This document shows positions 1 through 10,121 of a stretch of DNA of 64,000 bases, piece by piece. The first letter of the stretch is position 1; each line of letters begins with the position of its first letter. The position numbers and the translations under genes are program-made. Below the pieces are notes generated by a model. The model ran no database searches. It was not told the DNA's origin and saw only the letters and a program-made list of their open reading frames with translations. Origin of the DNA: an uncultured delta proteobacterium (GTDB taxonomy: Bacteria; Desulfobacterota; Desulfobacteria; Desulfobacterales; Desulfosalsimonadaceae); the NCBI GenBank assembly GCA_963826785.1, contig CAWGYD010000001.1, forward strand, positions 736,001-800,000, in the 5' to 3' direction.

Positions 1-30
1 ATGAAGGACAAACTCGAGCATCTTGTTCAT
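1..30 (-). CDS. Probable CusA/CzcA-family heavy-metal RND transporter, N-terminal fragment (runs off the window)
   Basis: ATG at 30 preceded by AAGGAG and reading MNKMLEFVLH. It lies directly downstream of the TolC and adaptor genes, so the call rests on context. Confidence 0.6.
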   Translation of the reverse strand, partial: MNKMLEFVLH

Positions 31-43
31 GGCCGCATCTCCT

Positions 44-1447
44 TTAGTGATCGGCGCAGGATGCGCCGAGGCGCGCCTTGAGCAATTCGGATTTAAGGGC
101 AAATGCCTGGGCGGACACGACTTCCTCGGCAGGAGAAATTCCGTCGAGAACCGGGATCATTTCGCCGGATGCGCCCCCCTTTTCGATGCGCCGCAGTTCG
201 AAAAGGTCATTTTCCATGCGCACGAAAAGATACGGGGCGCCGTCAATGTCCTGGACCGCGTCCGCCGGCACCGCGGCAACCGGTTTCTGCTTTTCATCGA
301 TGAAACGGACCCGGCCGTACATGCCGGCCTTGAGCGCATGATCCGGATTGGGAATCTCGGCCAGGACCTTCAGGGTGCGGCTTTTTTCATCCAGCGCCGC
401 ACCTGACTGGAAAATCCGGCCGGTGAACACCTGTCCCGGCAGACCGTCGAATTCGGCCTCCACCAGGCCTCCCGGGCGGGCCTGGTAGATCCGGGTTTCA
501 GGGACAAAAACGGCGATCCAGAGGGGGTCCGGATCGGCGATGGTGAACAGGTGGGTCCCGGGGCCGACGAATTCGCCTGCCGCGATATTGGTTTCGGAAA
601 GCAGCCCGGCAAAGGGGGCGCGCACCGGCAGCGCGGAGCGGCTCTTGCCGTCCCGCAGGAAATCATCGATGTCGCCCGAAGACAGCCCCATGTCCATAAG
701 CTGGCTGCGGTACTGATCCGCCGCGCTCCGGGCGGACCGGTATTCGGCTTCGGCAGCCAGGTATTCCTGGCGGGAAGTAATCCCTCGGCCCAGAAGATCC
801 TTTTCCCGCTGGTAGGCTTCCTCGGTCTGGGACTGGCGGGCCAGGGCCGCAAGGAGGCTTGCCGAAAGGGCGCTTACCTCCGGGGTGGCGATCTCCGCCA
901 GGAGGTCCCCCTTGGCGGCGCGTTGTCCAGGCGTCATGAACACCCGCTGTACCGTACCCTGGGCCCGGGGGGTGATCCGCGCCAGGCGGGAGCGATTGAA
1001 TTCGGTCCGGCCGGGCAGGGGCGCCCCGACGGGCAGCAGAACCATGTTTGGCCTGGAAACTGAAATTCCGGCTTTTTCCCCGGCATCCGGGGACGACAGG
1101 CGGATCTTCAACCCCTGCCCCGGCTCAAGCCGGGAAACCGCGTCGGGGTGGCACAGCGCGTCTTCGTCTTCTAAGAGCCGGTGCTCCGTGCAGAATTCGC
1201 CGTGCGCCCCGGCATCGGCATCCGTATCAGCATCAGCATTTTTGTTTTGTCCGGCAGCCGAAATTTCCCCGTGCCCGTGGGCATCGGGTTTATCTGCGCA
1301 CGACCCCTCGGTTTCGGATGCGGTATCGGTTATGGACAGCGCACTTCCGGTTCTGTCGGGGATCGGATTAAATCCCAACACATTGAACAAGACGCCCGAT
1401 CCCACTGCCAGCAGGATCCAGCCGATGATGGATATGGCTCTTTTCAT
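44..1447 (-). CDS. czcB: Heavy-metal efflux RND periplasmic adaptor subunit (CzcB/CusB-like)
   Basis: N-terminal TM, His/acidic linker, lipoyl-like halves (ITPRAQGTV, VRAPFAG), LKAGMYG, and C-terminal GASCADH. Confidence 0.85.
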   Translation of the reverse strand: MKRAISIIGWILLAVGSGVLFNVLGFNPIPDRTGSALSITDTASETEGSCADKPDAHGHGEISAAGQNKNADADTDADAGAHGEFCTEHRLLEDEDALCHPDAVSRLEPGQGLKIRLSSPDAGEKAGISVSRPNMVLLPVGAPLPGRTEFNRSRLARITPRAQGTVQRVFMTPGQRAAKGDLLAEIATPEVSALSASLLAALARQSQTEEAYQREKDLLGRGITSRQEYLAAEAEYRSARSAADQYRSQLMDMGLSSGDIDDFLRDGKSRSALPVRAPFAGLLSETNIAAGEFVGPGTHLFTIADPDPLWIAVFVPETRIYQARPGGLVEAEFDGLPGQVFTGRIFQSGAALDEKSRTLKVLAEIPNPDHALKAGMYGRVRFIDEKQKPVAAVPADAVQDIDGAPYLFVRMENDLFELRRIEKGGASGEMIPVLDGISPAEEVVSAQAFALKSELLKARLGASCADH

Positions 1448-2769
1448 GATTTTTTTCCTTTCGGGTCATATTGGCCCAGGACGTTTTCCATCCGGGCATA
1501 CAGCTGGTGATAGGCGGTGAGCACGTCGATGTATCGGCTTTTGGCCCCAAACAGCGACTGTTGCGCGGTAAGTACTTCCAGATATCCGAATTTGCCGGAG
1601 CGGTACCCGTAGCTGACCGCATCAAATGCGCTCATTTCGGCCGGAAGGATTTCATCACGCAGGGTGGCGGCTTCCAGGGCCAGGGCCTCCAATCGGTGAA
1701 ATTGCGCAGACAACAGGGTGTGCACTTCCTGCCGGATGCGGCGTTCGTCTTCCCGCGCCCTGTCGAGCCGGGACCGGGCCGAGTCGACGGCCCCCTGGTT
1801 ACGATTAAACAGGGGCAGGGGAATGGAAATTCCGGCCATTGCGGCATTATCCCCGGTTTCACGGAAATTTTTGATCCCCAGGCTGACGGTAAGATCCGGA
1901 ATGCGGCCGGCCCGGGCCAGTTCAAGTGCTTGTTTTGCAGCAGAAGCGCCGCTTGCCGCGGACTGGGATGCCGGAGTCGTTTTGATCCGCTGCGCAAGTT
2001 GTCCCCATTGCGGCAGGACCGGCAGGGTGTTGAGTTCTCCTGTGACCGAGGCGAAATCGGGCGGCGCATCCCCAAAGCTCAGGGCCAGGGCCGTGCGGGC
2101 CGCGGCCAGTTCCTGAAGGGTGCTTTCCCGGCGGATGCGGCTGTCGGCGAGAAGACTTTTGAATCGGACGGCCTCGACCGCCGGGGATTTTCCCGAATCG
2201 ATGCGCTGCTTGACCGTATCCAGGATGCTTATATCCAGGTCGATCTGTTCTTCTGCCAGGGCCAGTCTTTCCTGGGCCGATAAGACCGCGTAAAACCGTT
2301 CCACCGTGCGGGAAAGGACCTCGTTTTTGAGAACGGCCCATTCTTTTTGAGCGCTCAGGTGATTTTTCTCCCCCAGCTTGCGGCGCAGTTCCCGCTTTTT
2401 TCCCAGTTCGATCCGCTGGCTGAGCAGGAGAGCGGATTCGGCGTTGTCGAGGCCTGAAAAGTCGCCGCTTCCCGCGAAATTTTCCATCTCCAGGGATAGT
2501 TCGGGGTTGATGCGCAGGCCGGCCTGGCGGCTTTCGGCTTCCATCGCCTTGACTTCGTGCGCAAAAGCGGCCAGTTCGGCATTGCCGGAAAGGGTCCGGG
2601 AAATGGCCTCCGCCTTCGTGAGCGGGCTTTCGACCGGCTCCGGCAAGGCGGATGGAATGGGTGCTGCCGGGTCCATATTGCCGGCGCTGCCGGCGAATGC
2701 GGCGCCGCCGACGAGCAGCAGCAGGCCGCACGCGATCACGGACCCGGCGGTAATCAGGGCATTGTGCAT
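1444..2769 (-). CDS. czcC: TolC-family outer membrane efflux protein (CzcC-like)
   Basis: Signal peptide; LSQRIELGKKR, GISIPLPLFNRNQG and YRSGKFGYLEVL are OEP motifs; ATGA overlap with the adaptor gene. Confidence 0.88.
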   Translation of the reverse strand: MHNALITAGSVIACGLLLLVGGAAFAGSAGNMDPAAPIPSALPEPVESPLTKAEAISRTLSGNAELAAFAHEVKAMEAESRQAGLRINPELSLEMENFAGSGDFSGLDNAESALLLSQRIELGKKRELRRKLGEKNHLSAQKEWAVLKNEVLSRTVERFYAVLSAQERLALAEEQIDLDISILDTVKQRIDSGKSPAVEAVRFKSLLADSRIRRESTLQELAAARTALALSFGDAPPDFASVTGELNTLPVLPQWGQLAQRIKTTPASQSAASGASAAKQALELARAGRIPDLTVSLGIKNFRETGDNAAMAGISIPLPLFNRNQGAVDSARSRLDRAREDERRIRQEVHTLLSAQFHRLEALALEAATLRDEILPAEMSAFDAVSYGYRSGKFGYLEVLTAQQSLFGAKSRYIDVLTAYHQLYARMENVLGQYDPKGKKS

Positions 2770-3001
2770 GGTTGTCCCTCCAGGTGCCTGAACGAAAAGG
2801 CGTCTTTGGGGTCCAATACGGGCGTTTTAGGACTCTTCCTCCGCAAGACAGCTGCGGCTGCGCCTGGGGTCGGAAAAATTCCTGCGGCCCGGCTTTGACC
2901 TAAAAAGCCGTGCATGTCGTTTAGGCACGATTTAGAAATTTGAAAAAACGGGGTTGTTCGGGAAATGGAATTCAGGCGTCAGCGCCTGATAAAGGATGTG
3001 A

Positions 3002-3438
3002 TCAAATCAGGAGGATAGTGGTTTGCAGGGCGCAAAAAGTGTCGGAATACAGCGGGTGAGGGGTATCGGCGGCGGCGAAATTTTTCAGATTTACCGCCAC
3101 ATCCGGAAAAAGCGGGCCTTGTATCCATGTGAACAGGAAATAATGGCCGGTAAAATGGTCCTGGAAGCGTCCGCTGTTGGAAACGGATTCAGAGATAGGG
3201 GAAAGTTCAGGCATCCGTTTGAGGGGCTTCCGGTGGAGAAGCGGTCGGCGGCCTGGACCGTTTCAATCTGTTCCCGGGTTTCCGGGCAGGCGGCCAGGCA
3301 TCTGCTTGAGCAGTCGGAAACAGAATAGCCGGTTGTGCCGGTGCAGCAGAACACGGTCTGGGCCCATGACTGCACGGCAAGAACGGCAATGAGCAGCGCG
3401 ATAGAAACCACGCCGGATGGTGATGAGTTTTGCTTCAT
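3002..3438 (-). pseudogene. Small exported Cys-rich protein upstream of czcC, apparently split by a 1-nt frameshift
   Basis: The frame 3438-3091 gives a signal peptide and a Cys-rich body. The overlapping frame ending at 3002 gives ...LQTTILLI*. The total span is 437 nt, one base short of in-frame. Confidence 0.45.
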
Positions 3439-3510
3439 GGCTGTGTACGGTAATCGAAGGTTCAAGCGAATTCAAGTGAAAAAGGATATCACCCCTGCAG
3501 TTTGTTGCAT

Positions 3511-4740
3511 TTAATCTTCTTTTCCGCCGATAATCGTCTGTTTCTTTTCCTCCAGGTTCAGGTAAATCGCCATTGCCGCGCCGGACAGGATCAGCACACC
3601 GGTGACGCCCACCCCGGCGGAGAACCTTCCGGCATCTCCCATCATGCCGATCAGGGCGGGGATCATTCCGCCGCCGAACATAAATGCCAGCGGAACCGTG
3701 AAGGATACGGCAATATTGCGCATTTCCGCGGGCACGATGGAGGAAAGGGCGGTAAAGCCGGCGGGGAAAAAGAGAGTGGACAGGAATGCCTGCAGAAAGA
3801 CCATTAAAACAGCGAAAGAATCGGAGTTCGCGGCTCCCAGAAGGATAGTGGCCGCACCGGAGAGCAAAAACGCATATCCAATGGTCCGCTTTGCCCCGAA
3901 CCGGTCGGTGGCCAGGCCGCCGGCCAGGGCGGTAAGCAGGCCTGTAGCCCGTGAAAACGCGATGATCAGGTTGGCGGTCCGGCGGCTCATCCCGATATCC
4001 TCCACCAGAAACAGGGGGAGCATGGAATAAATTCCCATATTGGCGCTGATGGCCAGCCCGAACAGGGCCACCATGATCCAGAAGGCCTTTCTGGCGGCAA
4101 GCTGCTTGAAAAACAGAAAATGGGGCGGCTTGCCCAAAAATTCGCCTCCACGGCCGAATCGGGCAAACAACAGTCCCATGGCGATGGACACCATGCCGAT
4201 TATGGCCATAATGTGGCGCCAGGGCATGAACGCCAGCAGAATTTCGGAAACCAGCGGTGCGGCCATATAGGCCATGTTGGGGGCGATTTCATGGAGGGCC
4301 AGGGCCTTTCCCCAGTTCCGGGGGTGGGTCATGGAGGTCAGCGAGGCAATGCCCGAGGGCAGATAGATGCCGGCGGATAAGCCCAGCAGAATTACCGCGG
4401 CCGACAGCTGGAGGTAAGATCGGCACCAAGCGATGGCGCAGAGGGATACGCCCACCATGATGACGGAGACGACCACGGTGCTGCGGTGGGACACACGGGC
4501 GGACACGAATCCCGAACCGGTCAGGGCGATGAAATACCCGATGGAAATGCACAGAAACAGCGAGCCGGCCTGGCTGTGGGACAGCCTGAGATCGGATTCG
4601 ACAGACGGCATGAGCGGAGAGAGGATGACCCGGGCGATGAAGGTCAGGAAGAAAATGGCCGCAAGAAAAAGGATCGGCGTCAGCTGAGCGCGGCTGTAGA
4701 AAGGCATGTCGGGCATTTCGGGCGGATGATGATCGGTCAT
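3511..4740 (-). CDS. MFS transporter
   Basis: About 12 hydrophobic segments and an MFS motif-A-like GLATDRFGAK. The start codon is uncertain (ORF open to 4824). Confidence 0.85.
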   Translation of the reverse strand: MTDHHPPEMPDMPFYSRAQLTPILFLAAIFFLTFIARVILSPLMPSVESDLRLSHSQAGSLFLCISIGYFIALTGSGFVSARVSHRSTVVVSVIMVGVSLCAIAWCRSYLQLSAAVILLGLSAGIYLPSGIASLTSMTHPRNWGKALALHEIAPNMAYMAAPLVSEILLAFMPWRHIMAIIGMVSIAMGLLFARFGRGGEFLGKPPHFLFFKQLAARKAFWIMVALFGLAISANMGIYSMLPLFLVEDIGMSRRTANLIIAFSRATGLLTALAGGLATDRFGAKRTIGYAFLLSGAATILLGAANSDSFAVLMVFLQAFLSTLFFPAGFTALSSIVPAEMRNIAVSFTVPLAFMFGGGMIPALIGMMGDAGRFSAGVGVTGVLILSGAAMAIYLNLEEKKQTIIGGKED

Positions 4741-4951
4741 GCAAAGCACCTGTTTTTTCCGGATTTTGACGGAGGCATCCTGTTTATGATAACCTTTCTG
4801 AAACGATTTTTCATAAAAAGACACGCCGCTTGCCCGGCAACGGCCGAAGGTATATCATTTCGCCCATGATCACAAGGGTTTTGATATTTAAGGCCTTTTG
4901 CGGATTTATCCGGTCGCGGCAACATTATACTTTTTTTGCGCAGGAGAACCC

Positions 4952-7480
4952 ATGAAGCGGCTCCAATTGTATACAAACGTACTGATTTTTGCCATTAGCG
5001 CACTGGTGCTGTCCGGATGCAGTTCCTTTCTTGATTTTGCATTGAGGGATACGGTCCCCCCGGACTCCGGCTCGGCTTCACTTACCGGGCTGGAAGCAGA
5101 GGTCGTGGTCCGGCGCGATGAACTGGGGATTCCGGTCATCGAGGCGAAAAATGATCATGATCTGGCTTTTGCCGCCGGCTATGTGATGGCGTCGGACCGG
5201 CTGGCCCAGATGGTCTCCTACTCGCTGCTGGGCCAGGGCCGGCTGTCGGAGATGGTGGGGGAATTCGGCCTGGACATGGACGTTTATATCCGAACACTGG
5301 GCCTGCCCGGGGCGGCGAAAAAAGAGTTTGAAGCACTGGATGCGGACATGGCCGCCCTGCTGGAGGCATTTTCAAGCGGGGTAAACGCCTACCTTGCATC
5401 CCACCGGGACCGGCTCCCCCTGGAATTTGGCCTCACCGGCTATACCCCGGAACCCTGGCAGCCGGTGAATTCATTTTACATCGCCTATCTCCTCAATCTG
5501 GGCCTGTCCATGAATTTCCGGGAGGAGGCCGCCTACCTGGGGCTGGCCAGAAAAGTCGGTGCGGTCAAGGCCGCCTGGCTGGTCCCGGTGTATCCGGATG
5601 AACCCCTTCCGTTTGAAAAGGCATCCGTGCTGGCAGACCTTGATTTGAAGGACATGGGTGAATCGGTCAAAAACCTTTCGGAAGTCTGCGCCAAAATGGA
5701 GAAGATCATCATGCCCGCGGGGGTTTGCGCTTCCAATAACTGGGGGATCATGCCCGATCGTACGGCAAAAGGGGGGAGCATCATCGCCAATGACACCCAC
5801 CTTCCCCTGATGCAGCCGCCCATCTGGATGCTGATGCATCTTCGATCCCCGTCCCTCGATGCCGCGGGAGTCGCCATGCCCGGCGTTCCCGGGATCGTGG
5901 CCGGATACAACGGGCGCCTGGCCTGGGGGGAGACCATTGTCATGGGAGACAGCCAGGACGTGTTCATCGAGAAATTAAGGCAGTCCGGCGGAAAAACCTT
6001 CTACCTGTATGAAGGAAACTGGCTTCCCGTCCAGACCCGGCGGGAAGTGTTTCTGGTCAAGGGGAAGGACCCGGTGGAGAAAACCATCTTATCCACCCGC
6101 CATGGTCCTCTGGTCAATGATGTGATTAAAAAGCGCCCCAAGCACTTCGCGTTTCCCCCCCAGGTGGAGCTGCCCTATGGGATCGCTCTCCAGACGGGCC
6201 TGGACCGGACCGGCCAGTCGGTTGCCGCCATGTTTCACCTGGCCCGGGCCAAAGACATGAAGGAAGCCCGCGACCTGATGATGCAGGTTGACTTGATGGC
6301 GTTGAATTTTGTCTACGGGGACAAGGATCATGTGGCCTGGCAGGTGAGCGGGACCTATCCGCTGCGCAGGTCCGGCAGGGGGCATCTCCCGTCGCCGGGA
6401 TGGAGCGGTGAATACGACTGGACCGGATTTCTGGACGCCGAAAGGCTCCCCCACGTTTCCGATCCCGAATCCGGGTTCGTGTATACGGCCAATAACCGGG
6501 TGATCCCGCCGGATGCGGACATCATTTTGAGTTCATCCTGGTATTCCCCGGAACGATCCCAGCGAATCCATGAACTCCTGGTATCTAAAGACCCCCACAC
6601 CTGGATTTCGTCGGTGGAAATGCAAAATGACCGGCATGACCTGTTTGTCCGGAAGGTCAAAGAAGTCCTGTTCAATTCGGATCTTCACGAAAAAATCACC
6701 GAAGCCATCGCCGGGCTGCCGGATGCGAAACAGCGGCGCCAGGCAAAAGAAGCCCTGGATATGATCTTTACCTTCGACGGGAACATGGAGGCTGATTCGT
6801 CAAAGGCCGCGGTGATGGGAATCTTCCGGCAGGTGTTTATTAAAAACACCTTTTTGGACGAACTGGGGCCGGAGGACTCAAATGCGTGGGACAGCTTCAT
6901 TTCCCTGATTCAGGCATTCTATCCGGCGGACCAGGATCACCTGCTGGGAAGACCGGACAGCCCGTTCTGGGATGATGTGAACACAGCACCCATCGAGACC
7001 AAGGCGGACATCATCGCCGCATCGCTGGCCGACACCATCTGTTTTGCCGTCCGCGAAATGGGGCCGGACCGCTCCACATGGCGATGGGGGAGGCTCCACC
7101 AGTACCGCTGGGAAACCGCTTCCTCCCAGGCAAAGCCGTTTCTGGCCTTCTGGCAGCGCCCGGCCGTGTCGCTTCTGGGCCTGTATACCGACCGGGGGCC
7201 GTATCCCGCCGGCGGCGATTACAACACCTTGAATGTGGCGGGGTATTTCAGGGGGCAGAATTTCAATGTGTGGCTGGTTCCGGCCATGCGGATGGTGGTC
7301 GATTTCGCCCTGGAGGAGCCGATGTTCATCATCAACAGCGGGGGGCAGTCGGGAAACCCGGCCAGTCCGCATTATGATGACGGCATCCGCGTGTGGCGGG
7401 AAGGGGGGATGCGGTCCATGCCGTTTGACCCGGAGCGGATCAAGGCCGGTTATCCCCGGGTCTTTTACCTGATGCCGTGA
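4952..7480 (+). CDS. Penicillin acylase / acyl-homoserine-lactone acylase family Ntn-hydrolase, probable lipoprotein
   Basis: RRDELGIP, nucleophile motif ASNNWG, ANDTHL and GQSGNPASPHYDD; lipobox LSGC; AGGAG RBS. Confidence 0.9.
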   Translation: MKRLQLYTNVLIFAISALVLSGCSSFLDFALRDTVPPDSGSASLTGLEAEVVVRRDELGIPVIEAKNDHDLAFAAGYVMASDRLAQMVSYSLLGQGRLSEMVGEFGLDMDVYIRTLGLPGAAKKEFEALDADMAALLEAFSSGVNAYLASHRDRLPLEFGLTGYTPEPWQPVNSFYIAYLLNLGLSMNFREEAAYLGLARKVGAVKAAWLVPVYPDEPLPFEKASVLADLDLKDMGESVKNLSEVCAKMEKIIMPAGVCASNNWGIMPDRTAKGGSIIANDTHLPLMQPPIWMLMHLRSPSLDAAGVAMPGVPGIVAGYNGRLAWGETIVMGDSQDVFIEKLRQSGGKTFYLYEGNWLPVQTRREVFLVKGKDPVEKTILSTRHGPLVNDVIKKRPKHFAFPPQVELPYGIALQTGLDRTGQSVAAMFHLARAKDMKEARDLMMQVDLMALNFVYGDKDHVAWQVSGTYPLRRSGRGHLPSPGWSGEYDWTGFLDAERLPHVSDPESGFVYTANNRVIPPDADIILSSSWYSPERSQRIHELLVSKDPHTWISSVEMQNDRHDLFVRKVKEVLFNSDLHEKITEAIAGLPDAKQRRQAKEALDMIFTFDGNMEADSSKAAVMGIFRQVFIKNTFLDELGPEDSNAWDSFISLIQAFYPADQDHLLGRPDSPFWDDVNTAPIETKADIIAASLADTICFAVREMGPDRSTWRWGRLHQYRWETASSQAKPFLAFWQRPAVSLLGLYTDRGPYPAGGDYNTLNVAGYFRGQNFNVWLVPAMRMVVDFALEEPMFIINSGGQSGNPASPHYDDGIRVWREGGMRSMPFDPERIKAGYPRVFYLMP

Positions 7481-7639
7481 AAGGGCAAAAATCGGATTTT
7501 TATGGTCTGATCGATGGGCATGCCCCGAAAATGCGCGCAGGTAAAGCAGCGGTATCGCAGGCCACGGGTTTTTTAAATGGCATTTGGCCTCAAAATTGAC
7601 TATATCTCGATGAAATCAATAAAATCAGGAAAATGTTAC

Positions 7640-8656
7640 ATGGCACAAAACAAGCAAGAATTATCCCTGAAAGGTGCGGGAGTCGAGCGGATCGACGGCA
7701 AAACGGTCGAGATCTGCTGGGAGCCGCCGGAAGCAGCTCCCGAAATTCATGTGAGGGCAAAAAGTCCGGCTGAATCTGCGCAGCGCGTTATTTCGGCAGA
7801 TGAATCGAATGCCGGCTGTATCCGCATTTCCGGTCTGGATCCGGTGGTCCGGTATTTCTTTGAGATCCGGGAGGAAAACGGCCCTTCTTTTCTGGCGGCC
7901 GAGCGGCGGATCTGCATGGATGGTGCGGTGAATTTCAGGGATCTGGGCGGATACCCCGCAGAAGACGGCCGGCGGGTGAAATGGGGCCGGATATTTCGTT
8001 CCGACGGCCTGGCGAGATTGAGCGATCGCGATCACCTGCGGTTTGAACAGATGGGGATCCGCCATGTTTTTGATTTCAGGACCATTTCCGAGGCCGAGAA
8101 TTCACCGGATCGCCTGCCGGATAACGGCATCCGGCGGATTCACCTGCCGGTGATCCATGGGGAATTTGATTTCGTGGTGGCCATGGAGCGGTTGAAAAAA
8201 GGGGATGCCAGCTGGCTGACCCCCGATTTCATGGTGAACGGGTACATCAACAACCTGGAGGAATATGCCGGCGTCTGGGGTGATGTCATCAACCACATGG
8301 CAAACGGGGATCGCCGGCCCATCCTGTTTCACTGTACCGGCGGCAAGGACCGCACCGGAACCTGCGCCGCACTGATCCTGCTGATGCTGGGGGTGGACCG
8401 GGAAACCGTGATCGCGGATCATCAGCTGTCCAATGTTTACATCGCGGACCTGCTGCCCAAGATTCACGAAATGATCGCAGCCTACGGGGTCGATCCGGAC
8501 ATTTTATTCCCGTATCTGACTGCGCCGAGGGAATGTATCGACGCCGTCCTCGATTATATCGAAAAAAATTATGGGACCCCCTCGGACTACCTGGCCGAGA
8601 AGGCGGGGGTGGATCGGCCCACACAGAAACGATTGAAAGAAGATCTGCTCGGTTAA
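7640..8656 (+). CDS. Tyrosine-protein phosphatase (PtpB/IphP-like)
   Basis: NFRDLGGY and catalytic loop HCTGGKDRTG. Confidence 0.88.
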   Translation: MAQNKQELSLKGAGVERIDGKTVEICWEPPEAAPEIHVRAKSPAESAQRVISADESNAGCIRISGLDPVVRYFFEIREENGPSFLAAERRICMDGAVNFRDLGGYPAEDGRRVKWGRIFRSDGLARLSDRDHLRFEQMGIRHVFDFRTISEAENSPDRLPDNGIRRIHLPVIHGEFDFVVAMERLKKGDASWLTPDFMVNGYINNLEEYAGVWGDVINHMANGDRRPILFHCTGGKDRTGTCAALILLMLGVDRETVIADHQLSNVYIADLLPKIHEMIAAYGVDPDILFPYLTAPRECIDAVLDYIEKNYGTPSDYLAEKAGVDRPTQKRLKEDLLG

Positions 8657-8691
8657 TTTGAGGGCAACCCGAGGCGTGTTTCGGTTGTTGC

Positions 8692-9258
8692 TTACTCGGT
8701 GACCTCCTTGATAACCACGTCATCCAGCCAGACCGTGCCGTTGGTGAACAGGAAATCAAGGGTGATGACATCTGCGTTGGGGGGGGCGGTCCCGGTCAGG
8801 ACCAGGTTCTTCCATTCCGTTTCCCCCTTCATGGTAAACATCAGGTCGACTACGGGGACCGGTACGAGGCGGTCCGGACGAAAATTGAAGCGGATGGCCG
8901 GGGCGATGAAATTGGGGCTGTATCCCAGGTTTTTCGCTTTCACCCAGACGCTGACCTGGTAAGTTTTGCCGGGCTTGATGTTGCCGATAAAATGTTCCGG
9001 GTACAGCAGGAAACTGCCGCCCGGTGCGTTCAGCTTTATCCGGTAGGAATAGTCGCCCGAATGCTTCTCCGCATTATCGAATCCGAACTCCGCGGATGTT
9101 CCCCGGTACTGCTTGATTTCCCACCCTTCCGGAATATTGTCCGTCTTTTTCTTTTCAAATCCGCCATTGTATAAGAGATTATCCGTTTGAGGCAACGCCG
9201 GGGCGGCGCAAAAGAGCAGGCAGAAAAACAGGATGGCAACCGATAGCAGTCTTTTCAT
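8692..9258 (-). CDS. Secreted carbohydrate-binding (CBM4/9-like) domain protein
   Basis: Signal peptide, NLLYNGGFE, GKTYQVSVWVK and VWLDDV. Confidence 0.7.
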   Translation of the reverse strand: MKRLLSVAILFFCLLFCAAPALPQTDNLLYNGGFEKKKTDNIPEGWEIKQYRGTSAEFGFDNAEKHSGDYSYRIKLNAPGGSFLLYPEHFIGNIKPGKTYQVSVWVKAKNLGYSPNFIAPAIRFNFRPDRLVPVPVVDLMFTMKGETEWKNLVLTGTAPPNADVITLDFLFTNGTVWLDDVVIKEVTE

Positions 9259-9680
9259 CGACTCCCCCTTTCATCAGAAGAACCAGGTGGACGTGACCTT
9301 CCATCTCTTTGAAATCGCTATGGACGGGCACTAACAAAATTCAACTTATATGAGCGAACAGGGTTAGGCAAGAAAAATTATTTCAGGCGGGTAAAAAAAT
9401 ATGCTTTATTATCAGCTGTTAAAAATTGGAAGCGGAAACCGGGGCGCGTCAATCCACTATCGCCGAGAATCTGCCCCGATTTTTTGCAACTGCGGCATGC
9501 GGTCAGGCTGATAATTTCTGATAATTTGTATTGACACATGAGGCTTTATTATGTTTGATAATTGATGATAATTATTAAGGAAATACATTAGAAAACATAG
9601 GGTTGAAAAGTATAGATGCGAACATGCGGTCGTTGCGGTAATTGCCTGTTGCAGAAATACGCCACCAAAGGAGTAAATTT

Positions 9681-10118
9681 ATGAAAGTTTCGATCAAACC
9701 GGCAGTTCTGGTTCTGTCCATGGTCATCATCGGCCTTTTTCTGTTTTCCTGTGGTCAGAAAAAGGAAGGAAAAGTCGTGGTATCTGAAAAGGAATTTGTT
9801 CTGCGGCAGGATACGGACCATTCATACGTGATCGATGCCAAGGGGAAGATAAAGAACGTGGGAAATGTGGATCTAAAGAAGATCGTGGTCACCGGCTACT
9901 GCCGATCCTGCGGAGAGATTCTGGTCAACGGCAAATGGTTTATTTCCGATTACGAAAAGACGCCCGATCAGAAGGACATCATCAGCTACCTGGCCGTTGG
10001 GGGAGAGGAAGACTTCAGCTTCCGGGGCGTTGCATTTCTGATGGACCAGAGCGGCAATGCGCCGGAATTGCCGGATAATATGGAAATCAATATCGTATCG
10101 TTTGAAGTGGCGGAATAA
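9681..10118 (+). CDS. Hypothetical lipoprotein with a CxxC motif
   Basis: AAGGAG RBS, lipobox LFSC and internal CRSC. Confidence 0.75.
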   Translation: MKVSIKPAVLVLSMVIIGLFLFSCGQKKEGKVVVSEKEFVLRQDTDHSYVIDAKGKIKNVGNVDLKKIVVTGYCRSCGEILVNGKWFISDYEKTPDQKDIISYLAVGGEEDFSFRGVAFLMDQSGNAPELPDNMEINIVSFEVAE

Positions 10119-10121
10119 AGA

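Noticed and set aside
2770..3001. NiCo (czcD) riboswitch upstream of czcC
   Set aside because: The conserved four-way junction motifs are not recognisable.
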